In this document: positions 22,130 to 31,408 of the stretch, in pieces
How positions within the stretch are numbered: position 1 is the stretch's first letter
Layout: every line of letters begins with the position of its first letter
From: Chamaesiphon sp.
GTDB taxonomy: Bacteria > Cyanobacteriota > Cyanobacteriia > Cyanobacteriales > Chamaesiphonaceae
DNA length: 64,000 bases
Assembly: GCA_965246715.1 (NCBI GenBank)
Contig: CBDFFH010000005.1
Span: forward strand, 160,001-224,000
Direction: 5' to 3'
Made by a program: the position numbers and the translations under genes
The notes under the pieces: generated by a model
Database searches by the model: none
What the model was told of the DNA's origin: nothing
What the model saw: only the letters and a program-made list of their open reading frames with translations

Positions 22130-22729
22130 ATGACGATCGCTACTAGAACAGCATCGATCGAAGTTGCGATCGGGAAAGGAGATGTCCGCACGATCCAGCG
22201 AGGAAAAACCTGGGCGCAGTTTGAGTATCTGCAAAAGGGTTTCGAGGATACGCGAGGGGTGAAATTATTTTATTACGATGGGACGATCGAGATTCTCATG
22301 CCAGGTGCAGCCCACGAATTATTTAAAAAGATTATTGCTATTTTGATTGAAGTATTTTTACTAGATCGCAAAATTGAGTTTGAACCGACTGGATCGATGA
22401 CTCAAAAGCGAGAAGGCAATGCGGCAGCTGAAGCAGATGAATCCTATGAGATTCAAGGAGCTAAACTTTGTATTGAAGTTAATTTCACCAGTGGCAATGA
22501 ATCAAAATTGGATTGCTACCAGATGTTGGGTGTTGATGAAGTTTGGTTTTGGGAAGATGGTGTTTTAGCAGTTTACCACCTGCAATCTGAGGGATATCGA
22601 CGAGTAAATCGCAGTCAGATTCCAGTACTCACAAACATCGATCTAGCAATAATGGCAGAATGTATTCTTGTTGGTGAAACTTCACGGATCGAAGCTGTCG
22701 AGAGATTTAGAGCTGGTCACCCAATCTAA
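22130..22729 (+). CDS. Uma2 family PD-(D/E)xK-like protein
   Basis: Y.DG.IEI.MP...HE, GSMT, EADESY and IEV...Y..LGV.EVWFW. Confidence 0.88.
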   Translation: MTIATRTASIEVAIGKGDVRTIQRGKTWAQFEYLQKGFEDTRGVKLFYYDGTIEILMPGAAHELFKKIIAILIEVFLLDRKIEFEPTGSMTQKREGNAAAEADESYEIQGAKLCIEVNFTSGNESKLDCYQMLGVDEVWFWEDGVLAVYHLQSEGYRRVNRSQIPVLTNIDLAIMAECILVGETSRIEAVERFRAGHPI

Positions 22730-22791
22730 ATTACCCATCGATCGATAGAATAAAGATGTTGAGACACAAAAATTAGCTTTGACATAAAACA

Positions 22792-24900
22792 TTAATTATC
22801 AGTAGTAAATATTTTACAGATGCCATCGATATCTAATAGATAATTTCGGACTATTTCTAGAGCGTATCGATCGGGTAACACCTGTTGGAATTTACTAAAC
22901 CGATAATTGGGTAACTTCTCCAATAGATAAGCCTGAGTTGTTTTTGCCGCCCAAAATTCGGGCTGTTGAATTTCGCCGATCGCGGTGGCAAATGTTGCGG
23001 GAGTGAGGTGTTCGCCAGTAATACTAACTTGAAAATTATCGGCACGGACTTCCCATGCCCACAGATGTTCTAAGCCATATTTAATCGCACGGTTGACCTT
23101 ACCACCTGCAAACGTCCACCATTGTACCCGCTTATTATCTTCCTCCCAGATAACTCTTTCTACTACCTGTTGACGGCGTTCGCTGCGACAGTTGGCGAGC
23201 ATGAGTTTGGCATCGCGATCGAGATAGGGAATATCGTCATTCGATCGTAATAATGCGGCAATTTCCTGACAGACATCCCAATCGAGAAATTGCGGGATAA
23301 ATCCGCCCCAAGTTGGTTTTCTGCCCTGCGGCGAGGGTAAGACGACGACCGATCGCTTATCATGATCGATGCGATCGGCAATCCACGCTCGCCCACCGAG
23401 GAGAAAACAGCTAATTTCGGGTGTCAATGTATCGACAAATTTCTGTTCTAAAGAACCGATCGATTGTTCTTCTGGCGTGCAGACTTCATATTGCTGAGGG
23501 GAGGAAAACACGGCATATAGCGCCATGAAATTCTTCTTGCCAAAGGCACGTTCGGATTCTGCGCCGATCGATAATAATCCCCCAGTCAGATAGAGAAATT
23601 TAGTTTTCACCATATGGCGAATCAATCGATCGAATTCTTTCCGAGTAATTCCCTGAAAATCCATCACCTTTGATAATTGCTGCCAACAATCTTCTGGTGA
23701 AATCGCACCAAATTGCATCGTTAGCGCTAATAATTGCTGGACTAATACCGACCAATTGCGCTGACACACGGAGATCGATTCTACCCAACCCCGCCGCGCT
23801 AATTCGATTAAGGCGATCGATTGTAGTAACGCTGCCGAGTTATCGATCAGAAATGTCGTATTTGCCTTGCCACCACGCCGTCCCGTGCGCCCCAATCGTT
23901 GCAAAAAGGCGGAAACCGTATCGGGTGCATTTGCTTGCAACACGGCATCCAAATCGCCGACATCGATGCCCAATTCGAGGGTGGAAGTACAGACGATGCA
24001 ATTATTCCGACCGTTAGCAAACCGTTCTTCCGCGATCGTCCGTTCTTCAACTGCTACCGAACTATGATGGATGAACACATCGATGCCGCGATCCTGCATT
24101 CGATCGGCAATTTCTTCAGACAGGGCACGACTCTGACAAAAGAGCAGACTTTTTTTCTGTTGGGCTAACATGCTCGCGCGATCGGCAATCTCAAATTTTG
24201 ACTCGTGCATTAAGATCCGAATCTCGCGGGGGCTGGGATTGGGTGGCGGATCGATCTTCGATTTCGGGCGGTGGGATGTCCCCTGCAACCAATCAAGAAT
24301 TGCGTCGGGATTGCCCACCGTGGCACTCAAACCCACCCTTTGGACATCATTGGCACCCACGGCAATTACGCGCTCTAAAACAGACATGAGATGCGCGCCG
24401 CGATCGCTCCCCGCAATGGCATGTACTTCATCAATGACGATCGCCCGGAGATCGCCAAAGATTTCTGCATGGGCGAAACTCGCGGACATCAACATCACTT
24501 CCAAGGATTCGGGAGTTGTCATCAACAGCGTCGCAGGTTGCTGGCGAAAGGCTTTTTTAGCAGCGGGTTTGACATCGCCATGCCACAGGAAGCGGCTCAA
24601 GCCGAGCATTTCGGTATACATGCCCAAGCGTTCGGCTTGATTGTTTAATAAAGCTTTAATCGGGGCGATGTAGATAATCCCGACTCCTTTGGGTTCTTTT
24701 TCCACCATCTGCGCCAGCAGGGGAAACATACTTGCTTCGGTTTTACCTCCAGCAGTGGGGGCGAGGATGACGGCATTGTGTCCGTCGAGCAGCGCGTGTC
24801 CGGCAAGTTCTTGCACCGGACGCAGGGATGTCCACCCCAATCGGGCGGTAATGGCAGCTTGTAATCGATCGGGAAATCGGGAAAAGGCAGAGTTCATCAA
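22792..24900 (-). CDS. Lhr-like DEAD/DEAH-box SF2 helicase
   Basis: APTAGGKTE, TTPESLE, DEVH, LSAT, TSTLELGID.G and QRLGRTGRR. Confidence 0.9.
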   Translation of the reverse strand: MMNSAFSRFPDRLQAAITARLGWTSLRPVQELAGHALLDGHNAVILAPTAGGKTEASMFPLLAQMVEKEPKGVGIIYIAPIKALLNNQAERLGMYTEMLGLSRFLWHGDVKPAAKKAFRQQPATLLMTTPESLEVMLMSASFAHAEIFGDLRAIVIDEVHAIAGSDRGAHLMSVLERVIAVGANDVQRVGLSATVGNPDAILDWLQGTSHRPKSKIDPPPNPSPREIRILMHESKFEIADRASMLAQQKKSLLFCQSRALSEEIADRMQDRGIDVFIHHSSVAVEERTIAEERFANGRNNCIVCTSTLELGIDVGDLDAVLQANAPDTVSAFLQRLGRTGRRGGKANTTFLIDNSAALLQSIALIELARRGWVESISVCQRNWSVLVQQLLALTMQFGAISPEDCWQQLSKVMDFQGITRKEFDRLIRHMVKTKFLYLTGGLLSIGAESERAFGKKNFMALYAVFSSPQQYEVCTPEEQSIGSLEQKFVDTLTPEISCFLLGGRAWIADRIDHDKRSVVVLPSPQGRKPTWGGFIPQFLDWDVCQEIAALLRSNDDIPYLDRDAKLMLANCRSERRQQVVERVIWEEDNKRVQWWTFAGGKVNRAIKYGLEHLWAWEVRADNFQVSITGEHLTPATFATAIGEIQQPEFWAAKTTQAYLLEKLPNYRFSKFQQVLPDRYALEIVRNYLLDIDGICKIFTTDN

Positions 24901-24948
24901 GTCAACTTGAGTAAGTGCTACACATTATTAAAGCTGATTTTGGATTTT

Positions 24949-24996
24949 GCGGCTTGCGCCCGTCGGGTTTCCCGACGCGAAAAGCGAGACAAGACA
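24949..24996. repeat. 48-nt hairpin insertion inside a GATTTT(G/A) heptamer tandem repeat
   Basis: GCG...CGTCGGGTTTCCCGACG...CAAGACA. Removing it restores GATTTTG-GATTTTG-GATTTTA. Sister copy at 45151. Confidence 0.65.
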
Positions 24997-25036
24997 GGAT
25001 TTTAGATTTTTCGGTTCGCTACCGCAAGATTTAGTA

Positions 25037-25104
25037 GGCGTTGCTAAATTAAGGGTTTTAGTGATTTCCTATTTGGTGAATCATACTATAGATCCAGCAA
25101 CACC
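25037..25104. repeat. short degenerate MITE-like element
   Basis: Imperfect TIR GGCGTTGCT...AGCAACACC. Confidence 0.45.
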
Positions 25105-25233
25105 AAAAAATTAGTGAGATCGCCATTTACTGAAACGAACTCACCTGCTTCTAAACTCTGTAATGTTTCCTTATGCTATGCCTGTTAGTGATATAGATTT
25201 TTGGAGATCGACACATAAACGTAACTCAATCGC

Positions 25234-25869
25234 TCAGTTATGATGTGCTTTGTGAAACTTTATCGATTCTAAAATTATAGGTTTTTTGGCAATTTTTGAT
25301 AAATCACCCAACAGACCGATCTTTTCAGATTTATGAACCAACATAGCAAATAAGATTACTAAAGCACACATTACAACAATTATTCCCACAAGATATATAG
25401 ACATCATCTGGGGTTGTGCGAACATTGCCATTAGCGTGAATATGACCAGAATCAAGCTAATAATCATTAGAGTAGTCAGAATTCCTTGTAACGTCTTTGA
25501 CAATAATCGCCAAAGCTTAATTCTTGTGGAGCAAGAAGGACAAGTAACATGAATAGTTGAAAAATATAGCTTGTTCATCTTTATAAACACTGAGACAAAC
25601 ATTGCGCCTGCAAAGGAGGTCAGTATCAATACCAATAATGAAGATGTTCTATCCAAATATTCAAACCGCCAAGATGCCTTAAAAGTATTTGACTGAAGAG
25701 TTTTTTGATTACAACATTCACAGATATCGCCAGCACCAGCAAATCTTTTTGTTACGTAATCTAGATAGTCTTGATAACAATCAGAACGACTCTTGTATGA
25801 AGGCAGAAAATCTGACAAAGATTTACTTTTCTCGAAGCGGCGATCGAATACTGACTTTTGTATTTGCAT
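25234..25869 (-). CDS. hypothetical membrane protein (AT-rich)
   Basis: 211 aa with three hydrophobic segments and CxxC-like pairs (CECC, CPSC). Confidence 0.55.
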   Translation of the reverse strand: MQIQKSVFDRRFEKSKSLSDFLPSYKSRSDCYQDYLDYVTKRFAGAGDICECCNQKTLQSNTFKASWRFEYLDRTSSLLVLILTSFAGAMFVSVFIKMNKLYFSTIHVTCPSCSTRIKLWRLLSKTLQGILTTLMIISLILVIFTLMAMFAQPQMMSIYLVGIIVVMCALVILFAMLVHKSEKIGLLGDLSKIAKKPIILESIKFHKAHHN

Positions 25870-26246
25870 TGTTTTGTCTGATTAATAATTGTTGAAATTA
25901 GGAATGGCTTATTTACTAAACTTTTAAAATTAAGTGATAACTTAAAATACCCAATTATCGATCGACTTCCAACATCTATACACCACAAGTCATGAGGATG
26001 TGTTTGTTGCCGACCACCCGCTCCTCACTAAAATCTCTCGAACTGACACTTCCAGCAAAAATCTCAATGTAAGCAACAGAACGGATAAAGCCATATATTC
26101 TAATGCGATCGTCGATCGGAGTTCCGATCGATCGGATCGACGAGGAATATTCACGTTGGTAAGATGTAGCGGCAATTTGGGTAATCTAAGTGCTAGTAGA
26201 GATATAGCTTCAGATCTCCAACCCAGCCAACTTATCCTCACCCCGC

Positions 26247-28730
26247 ATGACCCTTCAGCATAGTCCCAATACCCTTCCGCAGTGCCAAAATCTCCAAGCA
26301 CAGGTAGATTCAGTCCTCAACCTGCTCAAACAAGAACCAACTCTTCGCGCGCAAGTAGACACTAGTGCAGTGCGTTCATCACTCAAAAAAGCGATCGCAC
26401 CCACTTTTGAGATTGTTTTTGCTGGGGCGTTTAGTGCGGGTAAATCGATGCTAATTAATGCTCTCCTAGAACGAGAGTTGCTCTACAGTGCCGAAGGTCA
26501 TGCTACGGGGACAGAATGCCAAATTGCTTATGCAGAGCCAGAACAGGAACGGGTAGTTCTAACCTTTTTGTCTGAAGCGGAAGTATTGAGCCAAGTACAA
26601 TTACTAGGCAAGAAACTAGGCATAAATTTACAGGATCCGCAACAGGCTAACTTGATTTTACAAGAACAGGAATTGATGGATACGCTTCGCGATTCTTGTA
26701 TGGCAATTATCCAACAAGAAGGGGGCGAAAGTAAGTCAGAACGAGCCAAACAAGCTTCAGCATTTAAACTGCTGATTCAAGGTTTTATCGATAATAAAAA
26801 ATACATCGATAAAACAACCAATCGCACCCTATCGATGGAGCAATTTGATTTTAAAAACCTCCAAGAAGCAGCGAGTTATGCGCGGCGGGGTAGCAATAGC
26901 GCGGTACTACGACGGGTAGAGTATTATTGCCATCACCCCTTACTGAGAGATGGTAACGTCCTCGTCGATACTCCTGGCATCGATGCGCCAGTCAAACGGG
27001 ATGCAGAACTTACCTATACCAAAATTGAAAATCCCGATACATCTGCGGTAGTCTGCGTACTGAAACCTGCTGCGGCTGGGGATATGAGTACCGAAGAAAC
27101 CGAAATGCTCGAACGCATTCGTCAAAATCCTGGCGTTCGCGATCGCGTCTTCTATATCTTCAATCGTATCGATGAAACTTGGTACAATGCCCAATTGCGC
27201 CAGCGACTAGACAATCTCATTGGCGAACAATTCCGCGATTCCCACCGTGTCTACAAAACTAGCGGCTTGTTAGGGTTTTGGGGGAGTCAATTGCGCCAGA
27301 CAAGTGCAAACGATCGATATGGACTAAATTCCTTTTTTGCGGCTAGCGTCACCCCAGATGGCGAACAGACACCCCAGTTTGTGAATGAGTTCAATCGCTA
27401 TTGTTCGATCTCTGGCAAATTGCCTGGAGATCGATTTCGAGTCGATGTCCGCAGCTATGAATCAGCAACTGAAAACTACGTACGGATTCTCAATGAGCAG
27501 GGTAGTGGATTAGTCGAACAACTCATCAAAGATAGTGGCATCGAAGAATTTCGCACTGCTATTACCCGCTATCTGATGGAAGAAAAACGACCATTATTAT
27601 TAGTAAATCTCGCAGACGATCTACAACCCATTTGTATCAATCTCCGCCGTACTTATCTAGAAAGCTGGCACTATCTCAAAGCTCAACCGCAAGATGTTAA
27701 TGCTATTAAAGAGCAAGAAATTCAACTGCTCAGCAAGCAGCTCAAAGATGTCGGCGACGAGTATACCCAGCATATTCACGCGATCGTTAATGAAGTAGTT
27801 GCTAGCAATACTAATGTCGCTTTCGAGGCAGATTTTACTAAACTCAAAGCCAAAATGGTCAGCCGTCTGGATGAATTACTGACTACCTTCTCTGTCAGCC
27901 ATGTTCACCAACAAGCCCAAGCCAGCCATCGCCGTAATTCCGTCGTCCCACTAATTGGAATTTTGAGTGAAGCCTTCTACTATTTAGCCAATGGTTTAGA
28001 AGAGGTTTTGGTTGCCGCAGTCGCCGAATTAGTTGCTAACTTCTTCCAACAATTAACTACTCAAATTCAGAAGCAAGAATATTATCGCAATCTGTATCGA
28101 TTATTAGGTAACGATAGCGGTATCGAACAAAACCTCAAACAGTTAGAAGCGATCGTCTCTAGTGCATTAATTAATGCGGCGCGGGTAGAATGCGATCGAT
28201 ATGTCCGCGAACGTCCCGAATTTTTTACCGAAGGCACGTCTTCACTATTCCAACTCCGTCAAACCTTGCAACAAGCTTGCCGAGGTTACGATCACTACAA
28301 TATGATCGAAGCTGAGCCAGCAATTCGCCAATTACTCAAGATTGATTTTGAAGAAAAAGTCCGCGATACCGTCATGCGATCGTTCCGCCAAGTTATCAAT
28401 CAATCTCTCAATAATCAACTCTTACCTGGAGCTAATTATCAAGCCGAACAAATCCTCTCTCAATACGATCGCGCTCGTGAATATTTAGCAAAAGCACTTG
28501 AAAAAGAAGCCGAAGAAAAGATCCGCCAAAATCAACGTCAACTTGCGGAAGTGGAGCAGCGCATTGGAGTCTTTAACGAGGCTGTAGAGGGAATTAATAG
28601 CTGCTTGGAAGCAATGCAACTCGATCGGCATCGGCTGCCGACTTTGAATCAATCAGATTTGCTATTATTACCTGTTAACGATCCTATGGAATCTTCTGTA
28701 GAGTTAGTTGTGGCTGCTGATAGTAATTAA
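26247..28730 (+). CDS. dynamin-like GTPase (cyanobacterial SynDLP/KGK-associated type)
   Basis: G1 GAFSAGKS, G2 T, G3 DTPG, G4 NRID and a long helical stalk. Confidence 0.9.
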   Translation: MTLQHSPNTLPQCQNLQAQVDSVLNLLKQEPTLRAQVDTSAVRSSLKKAIAPTFEIVFAGAFSAGKSMLINALLERELLYSAEGHATGTECQIAYAEPEQERVVLTFLSEAEVLSQVQLLGKKLGINLQDPQQANLILQEQELMDTLRDSCMAIIQQEGGESKSERAKQASAFKLLIQGFIDNKKYIDKTTNRTLSMEQFDFKNLQEAASYARRGSNSAVLRRVEYYCHHPLLRDGNVLVDTPGIDAPVKRDAELTYTKIENPDTSAVVCVLKPAAAGDMSTEETEMLERIRQNPGVRDRVFYIFNRIDETWYNAQLRQRLDNLIGEQFRDSHRVYKTSGLLGFWGSQLRQTSANDRYGLNSFFAASVTPDGEQTPQFVNEFNRYCSISGKLPGDRFRVDVRSYESATENYVRILNEQGSGLVEQLIKDSGIEEFRTAITRYLMEEKRPLLLVNLADDLQPICINLRRTYLESWHYLKAQPQDVNAIKEQEIQLLSKQLKDVGDEYTQHIHAIVNEVVASNTNVAFEADFTKLKAKMVSRLDELLTTFSVSHVHQQAQASHRRNSVVPLIGILSEAFYYLANGLEEVLVAAVAELVANFFQQLTTQIQKQEYYRNLYRLLGNDSGIEQNLKQLEAIVSSALINAARVECDRYVRERPEFFTEGTSSLFQLRQTLQQACRGYDHYNMIEAEPAIRQLLKIDFEEKVRDTVMRSFRQVINQSLNNQLLPGANYQAEQILSQYDRAREYLAKALEKEAEEKIRQNQRQLAEVEQRIGVFNEAVEGINSCLEAMQLDRHRLPTLNQSDLLLLPVNDPMESSVELVVAADSN

Positions 28731-28794
28731 TTGATAAGATGTTCGATCGATCTTTTGTTGTGAGGATCGATATGTACTATTCCAGATTGAACTG

Positions 28795-28866
28795 TGGGTT
28801 GGGTGGGTTAGATTGCAGATTTTTAGTAAAACCGATATCGATCGCATAAACCCACCCCTACAGATC
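28795..28866 (+). repeat. REP-like hairpin repeat copy 1 (IS110 target family)
   Basis: GGGTGGGTT...CGCATAAACCCACCCCTACAGATC. The spacer resembles those of copies 2 and 3. Confidence 0.8.
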
Positions 28867-28930
28867 TAAAAATATATTTTATATGATTGTAAAGCTAGAT
28901 TCATGGGAATACTATTGATGTAGTAATTTA

Positions 28931-29338
28931 ATGTTTTTAATCATGAGCTTTAATTTATCTGAAGTCATTCACATCATCAGCACCATTGACGATCTACTAT
29001 CGATGAGTGAACATCCTTACACTATCAATACTTCAACTGGCTATGATATTGAAGAAGAGGAAGAAGTAGAATTTATCAAATTATCATTCCCACTTAAAAA
29101 TGGTATGTCACATATCAAAATGTATGATTCTGTTGGGTCTATCGAATATAGTAATCAAAATGGAGATGCTCTAAAAAATATAGAATTTGATGATATGTCC
29201 GTCGTAGAATTAAATGGATCTTTTAAAAAAGCATTCAAGCAAATACGAGAATTCGATCGGCAGCATTCTTCTAGCCAAACAAAACGTGCAGAAACATCAA
29301 TCGATCGAGCCTCATTCGGATTAGCTGAAATAAATTAA
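28931..29338 (+). CDS. hypothetical protein (AT-rich)
   Basis: 135-aa ORF between REP-like repeats. Confidence 0.55.
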   Translation: MFLIMSFNLSEVIHIISTIDDLLSMSEHPYTINTSTGYDIEEEEEVEFIKLSFPLKNGMSHIKMYDSVGSIEYSNQNGDALKNIEFDDMSVVELNGSFKKAFKQIREFDRQHSSSQTKRAETSIDRASFGLAEIN

Positions 29339-29342
29339 TTGT

Positions 29343-29410
29343 ATCTGTAGGGGCGGGTTTATGTAATTAATTCCGGTTGCACTAAAAATTCATGCCAAAC
29401 CCGCCCGCCC
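29343..29410 (-). repeat. REP-like hairpin repeat copy 2, with a perfect empty IS110 target
   Basis: TCTGTAGGGGCGGGTTTATG...AAACCCGCCCGCCC. The minus strand reads CCCGCCCCTACAGA. Confidence 0.85.
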
Positions 29411-29470
29411 TGTCAATCAAATAATAAACGTTCTATATTTACGTCTAATATATTTAACCAGTACTGAATT

Positions 29471-29962
29471 ATGACCGATCGATCGAAACAAATAATTCCC
29501 GATTCTCAAGCTGTTGCTCGGTTCCTAGATAAAGACACTATAACAACTTTAGATTGTCATGCTACGTTGACAATTGAAGAATTACTAGAAAAGACTAAAA
29601 ATTCAGTCTTACCAGAGCTTTCCCTTTCAAAAGTTAGCGCTATCTATGCAAAGGCTAGAAGCAATGGGGGGTACAGTGATAACGATTGCTTTAATGATTT
29701 AAAGAATGCTGTTAACAGGACTGATACAAATAAATTAACAATCATCAATAAATTAATAGAAGGTGCTATCTGTAATCTATTACAGCCTGATGGTAAAGGA
29801 TGGCAAAAAGGAAAATTAAAACTATGCTTTCAATTTATACCTGAAGAAACTGAGATTATAGAAATTCAAGAAAAACGGTTAGGAACTAATTCTTCGCCAC
29901 TAGATGAAATTCGACAGTTAGCAAACGAATTGACATCAATGGTATCGATCGAACAAAATTAG
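29471..29962 (+). CDS. KGK domain protein
   Basis: C.LLQPDGKGWQKGKLKLCFQFIPEE and SPLDEIRQ signatures. Confidence 0.88.
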   Translation: MTDRSKQIIPDSQAVARFLDKDTITTLDCHATLTIEELLEKTKNSVLPELSLSKVSAIYAKARSNGGYSDNDCFNDLKNAVNRTDTNKLTIINKLIEGAICNLLQPDGKGWQKGKLKLCFQFIPEETEIIEIQEKRLGTNSSPLDEIRQLANELTSMVSIEQN

Positions 29963-29964
29963 TG

Positions 29965-30028
29965 GGTTAGGGCGGGTTCGGACGTAAATTTTTAGTACGA
30001 TCGAAATTAATCGCATAAACCCGCCCCT
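29965..30028 (+). repeat. REP-like repeat copy 3, split by the IS110 insertion (remainder ACAGATCT at 31392-31399)
   Basis: GGGCGGGTT...CGCATAAACCCGCCCCT, then the IS, then ACAGATCT. Confidence 0.85.
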
Positions 30029-30194
30029 TGTATCTTAAAGAGAGGTAGGTAATCGATCGATATAGACAATGCTTAGAACAAACGTAGTTCAAAGAGATCG
30101 ACACAAACCAAGGGAGTCAGAGGAATAAATCGATCGGCGTAAAGAAACCATAACAGTTTCAGAGCGCGATCGCCAGATGCGAGAAAGTGAGAGT

Positions 30195-30365
30195 GAGGAC
30201 ATCAGTAATCGGTGAAGCTGGCCCGCCCCTTAGACAACATTGTTAGTCTGCTGCGTAGATAAGCTCCCACAACTGATGACAGACACACCTAAAGCTGGAC
30301 AGTATCTTAGGCAATCGATTTACCGAAAAGCCTGCAATCACAAGGTTAGTTAAACAGTCTGTCAA
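30195..30365 (+). ncRNA. predicted bridge RNA (target-binding loop + donor-binding loop); 5' end unknown, may begin near 30045
   Basis: Stem CATCAGT/ACTGATG encloses CCCGCCCCT (30222-30230), a hairpin and GTAG (30255-30258). Stem GACAGAC/GTCTGTC encloses ACAGTATCT (30299-30307), a hairpin and ACAAG (30340-30344). Confidence 0.88.
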
Positions 30366-30402
30366 GTTCTTTGAGCATAGTTAGGAGTGGAGTAAGCAGT
30401 TA

Positions 30403-31374
30403 ATGACAGTTAATTTTTTAGGGATAGACATCAGCAAAAAAGACTTTCATGTAGTACTAATCATGGGAGAGACGAGAACAAAATCCAAAAAATTCACCAA
30501 CGATCTGCAAGGGTTTGAGAGTTTGCAGCAGTGGCTCAAACAAAAAGGGATCGACCAAATGCACGCCTGTCTGGAAGCGACCAGCATCTATGGAGACGCT
30601 TTAGCCGAATTCCTCTACTCAGCCAGCTTTGCCGTTAGTGTCGTCAATCCAGCCCGAATTCAAGGGTTTGCCAAGGGCGAACTATTACGGACGAAAACTG
30701 ATTCAGTTGATGCAGCATTGATTGCCCGTTTTTGTGCAGCAATTAAACCAGAACTGTGGAAACCAACAGCCCCTGAAATCAAAGAACTACAAGCCCTGGT
30801 CCGGCGATTAGATTCTCTTCAGGAAATGGTCACAGCCGAACACAATCGCTTGGAAACAGCCACCACCAAAGTAGCTGAACTCACTCAATCTCATCTGACC
30901 TATCTCCAGGAACAGCAAGCCCTAATTAAACAATTAATTAGCGACCATTTCGACAAACATCCAGAGTTAAAACAACAGCGAGATCTGTTGGTCTCAATTC
31001 CTGGAATTGGCGCACAAACTGCGGCTGTCTTGTTGGCAGAAATCGGTCGGATCGAAGATTACCAGAATGCTCGTCAATTAGCTGCCCATGCGGGTTTAAC
31101 TCCATCTGAGCGATCTAGTGGCACCAGCGTTCATGGCAAAACTCGGTTGTCTTGTACTGGTAATTCTCGACTCCGCAAAGCTCTTTATATGCCTGCGGTA
31201 GTCTCGATGCGTCATAATCCTCTGCTCAAAACTTTCAGCGAACGATTACTCGATCGTGGCAAGGCTAAAATGCAGGCGATTGGTGCCATCATGCGTAAAT
31301 TAGTCCATTTGGCTTTTGGCATTTTAAAGTCTCAACAGCCCTTTGACCCTAATTATTCGCTCGCCACCCCTTGA
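30403..31374 (+). CDS. IS110 family DEDD recombinase/transposase
   Basis: GIDISK (D), CLEAT (E) and KTDSVDA (DD); SIPGIG; SSGTS serine motif; GNSRLRKAL. Confidence 0.96.
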   Translation: MTVNFLGIDISKKDFHVVLIMGETRTKSKKFTNDLQGFESLQQWLKQKGIDQMHACLEATSIYGDALAEFLYSASFAVSVVNPARIQGFAKGELLRTKTDSVDAALIARFCAAIKPELWKPTAPEIKELQALVRRLDSLQEMVTAEHNRLETATTKVAELTQSHLTYLQEQQALIKQLISDHFDKHPELKQQRDLLVSIPGIGAQTAAVLLAEIGRIEDYQNARQLAAHAGLTPSERSSGTSVHGKTRLSCTGNSRLRKALYMPAVVSMRHNPLLKTFSERLLDRGKAKMQAIGAIMRKLVHLAFGILKSQQPFDPNYSLATP

Positions 31375-31376
31375 CA
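31371..31376 (+). promoter_or_regulatory. -35 box at the IS110 right end, completing a promoter on circularisation
   Basis: TTGACA overlaps the stop codon. In the circle junction it lies 17 nt before TATCTT (30031-30036). Confidence 0.7.
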
Positions 31377-31408
31377 TTCAAGACAGTATCTACAGATCTG
31401 TGAATAAC

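Larger units (their letters stand above)
30029..31391 (+). mobile_element. complete IS110-family (IS621-like) insertion sequence
   Basis: CT core at both junctions (30027-28 and 31390-91), no TIR, a 374-bp non-coding left end and a DEDD recombinase. Removing it regenerates the repeat seen at 28845-28866 and 29343-29362. Confidence 0.93.

Noticed and set aside
28795..30028. integron with attC sites
   Set aside because: The repeats alternate in orientation, I saw no RYYYAAC/GTTRRRY box arrangement, and no integron integrase is adjacent. A REP-like reading fits better.
31343..31408. N-terminal extension of HNH, or an IS-made hybrid promoter for it
   Set aside because: The extension lies in the IS end. 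In the integrated state the hexamer 17 nt after TTGACA is AGATCT, a poor -10 box.
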